In this document: positions 62,403 to 64,000 of the stretch, piece by piece
Position numbering within the stretch: the stretch's first letter is position 1
How the letters are laid out: each line of letters begins with the position of its first letter
Assembly (NCBI GenBank): GCA_026025075.1
Contig: JAPEUI010000012.1
Location: forward strand, 124,001 to 188,000
From: Vezdaea acicularis
Taxonomy: Eukaryota
Direction of reading: 5' to 3'
Length of the DNA: 64,000 bases
Made by a program: the position numbers and the translations under genes
The notes under the pieces: generated by a model
What the model was told of the DNA's origin: nothing
The model's input: the letters and a program-made list of their open reading frames with translations, nothing else
Databases searched by the model: none

Positions 62403-64000
62403 ATGAGTGGTACGAAAACAATGTCGGTAAATGTCATATCTGAAAAGAGCTTCAAAAGCAGCTAACCCCAGTTCCTAGATCTCCCAATTGCCAGATGAGC
62501 TCCTACTGAGTATCTTTACCTTACTCGCAAGGCGCGACCTCTGTGCAGTTGCACGTACTTCTAAGAGGTGCAACGAAATAGCTATTCCAATTATATACCA
62601 TACCATCGAGCTAGTCGACAAGCACATGAAACATAGCTCTGATGGACCAGAAGACCCACACAATGATACCCCCATGATCATGATACTATTGAGTTTGGCT
62701 AGTAATCCACGGCTCGGTTCATATGTAAGGAAGCTTACGCATCGCTGTCATGAGCCTCCGCCGGGGCCAATGGAAAAATTGCGGGGTCACTCATTTCAAG
62801 GACCGCTTCACGCTCATTCCTTAGAAGTTCTAAAACTTGCTCACCTCGCTATCTCACATATGACACATGTTCATACTATCTACATCATTTTTGGACACTT
62901 TAGTCTCGTCAGATGTCTTTTGCGCGGCTTTTTCCATGTTGATCGAAAGGATGCTTCTCCGATAAAACGCTTATGGATTGAGAGTTGCTGCCTGGAAAGT
63001 ATTAACGCTATCGAGCCAGATCTTTCATTTCATGGTCTCGAATCGCTACGTCTTGTTCGACTTCGCCTGTTGACGGAGGAGGTTGCGGTGGAGCTGTTCC
63101 ACAAAGAGTATGAAGACTACTTGGACACGTCGGCATTCAAAATTTCCGTCCGTGACGGTATCAATTCGTCAAAATTCTGGGGAGGCTCTATCAACTCCTC
63201 AGAACTCTGGGAAGTCTCACTGGAACCTTGGAGATCAAATGCAGAAGCACGCTTTCCAAATCTTAACCAATTATCTCGACAATACAATAGGGACAACCCT
63301 GACATATATTGCAAGCCCGTGTTTGCTGATTTGCAGAAACCTTCAACTCTCATAAACCTGATGATACAAACATCGGCTGCATCGCTAACTTCCCTAAGCT
63401 TGGACTGGCTGATTGGCCTGCCCACAGAATTCAGTCGCTTGTTTGAACCAATGCCGAGTTTTCCAAACTTGAAGGCATTCCAGATGAGAAATGCGGTACT
63501 CAAGAATACCTGCTTCCCTGCAGGCGTATTCCTTCTACAGGCGACTTCACCCTTTTATCGCTTTCTCCAGATCCACAGAAAGCTGCGCTGCCTTTCTTGG
63601 CAGATGCACCATTTCTTTCCTGGGGATTCTTCATTCAATCTTGAGAAAGAGCCTGGAGTAAGGGAAGTTATCACTCATCTAGGTCGGACCTTGACGACGC
63701 TTCGAGTAGACTATGATTTTAACATTGGCGAGGAGGATTCAACGGCGGATGACAGCTACTGGCCTACGGATATGACAAGAAGTAGAAGACGGTTTGTGCA
63801 GAACTTTGCAGCTCAGATGCAGACACTCGAGGTCATTAAGCTCGAGGGTAAGATTCCGAAGGATGAAGTGAGAGAGACGATTCGAGCATTGCAGCGTAAT
63901 CCCCTCAAGAAGATTGTTCTCATCGGCCGGACGTGGCCAAATGGATTCTGCCACGGTCATGACGCTCCAATCCCGCCAACGGACGTGGCAATGAATAGCG
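62403..64000 (+). CDS. F-box protein with LRR-like C-terminal region (runs off the window end)
   Basis: Short exon MSGTKTMS, intron GTAAAT..GCTAAC..TAG, then ISQLPDELLLSIFTLLARRDLCAVARTSKRCNEIAIPIIY (F-box); frame appears open to 64000. Confidence 0.8.

Overview
Intron-containing fungal (Pezizomycotina-type ascomycete) genomic DNA; introns are GT..CTAAC/CTGAC..AG, mostly 50-200 nt. About 21 protein genes can be modelled by eye: a KP4 killer-toxin-like secreted protein with a (TNLTA)n tail, AIM11, a DUF3140 protein, a 30-aa metallothionein missed by the ORF track, CAB2, a Zn2Cys6 factor, a divergent MFS/SDR pair, ATG29, an RBR ligase whose catalytic Cys appears to be Arg, YAE1, an acetyl-CoA transporter, a complete carotenoid/retinal/rhodopsin cluster (carX, carRA, carB, carO) followed by a TOK K+ channel, a DEAD-box helicase, an orphan ORF, a HOL1-like MFS and a partial F-box gene. 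The most unusual element is a tRNA-Arg(UCU) gene (6250-6385) with two inserts: a canonical 9-nt anticodon-loop intron and a 55-nt insert in the T-stem that carries full spliceosomal signals (GTAAGC..GCTAAC..CAG). Removing both gives a perfect 72-nt cloverleaf. All family assignments come from motif recognition; no database searches were run.
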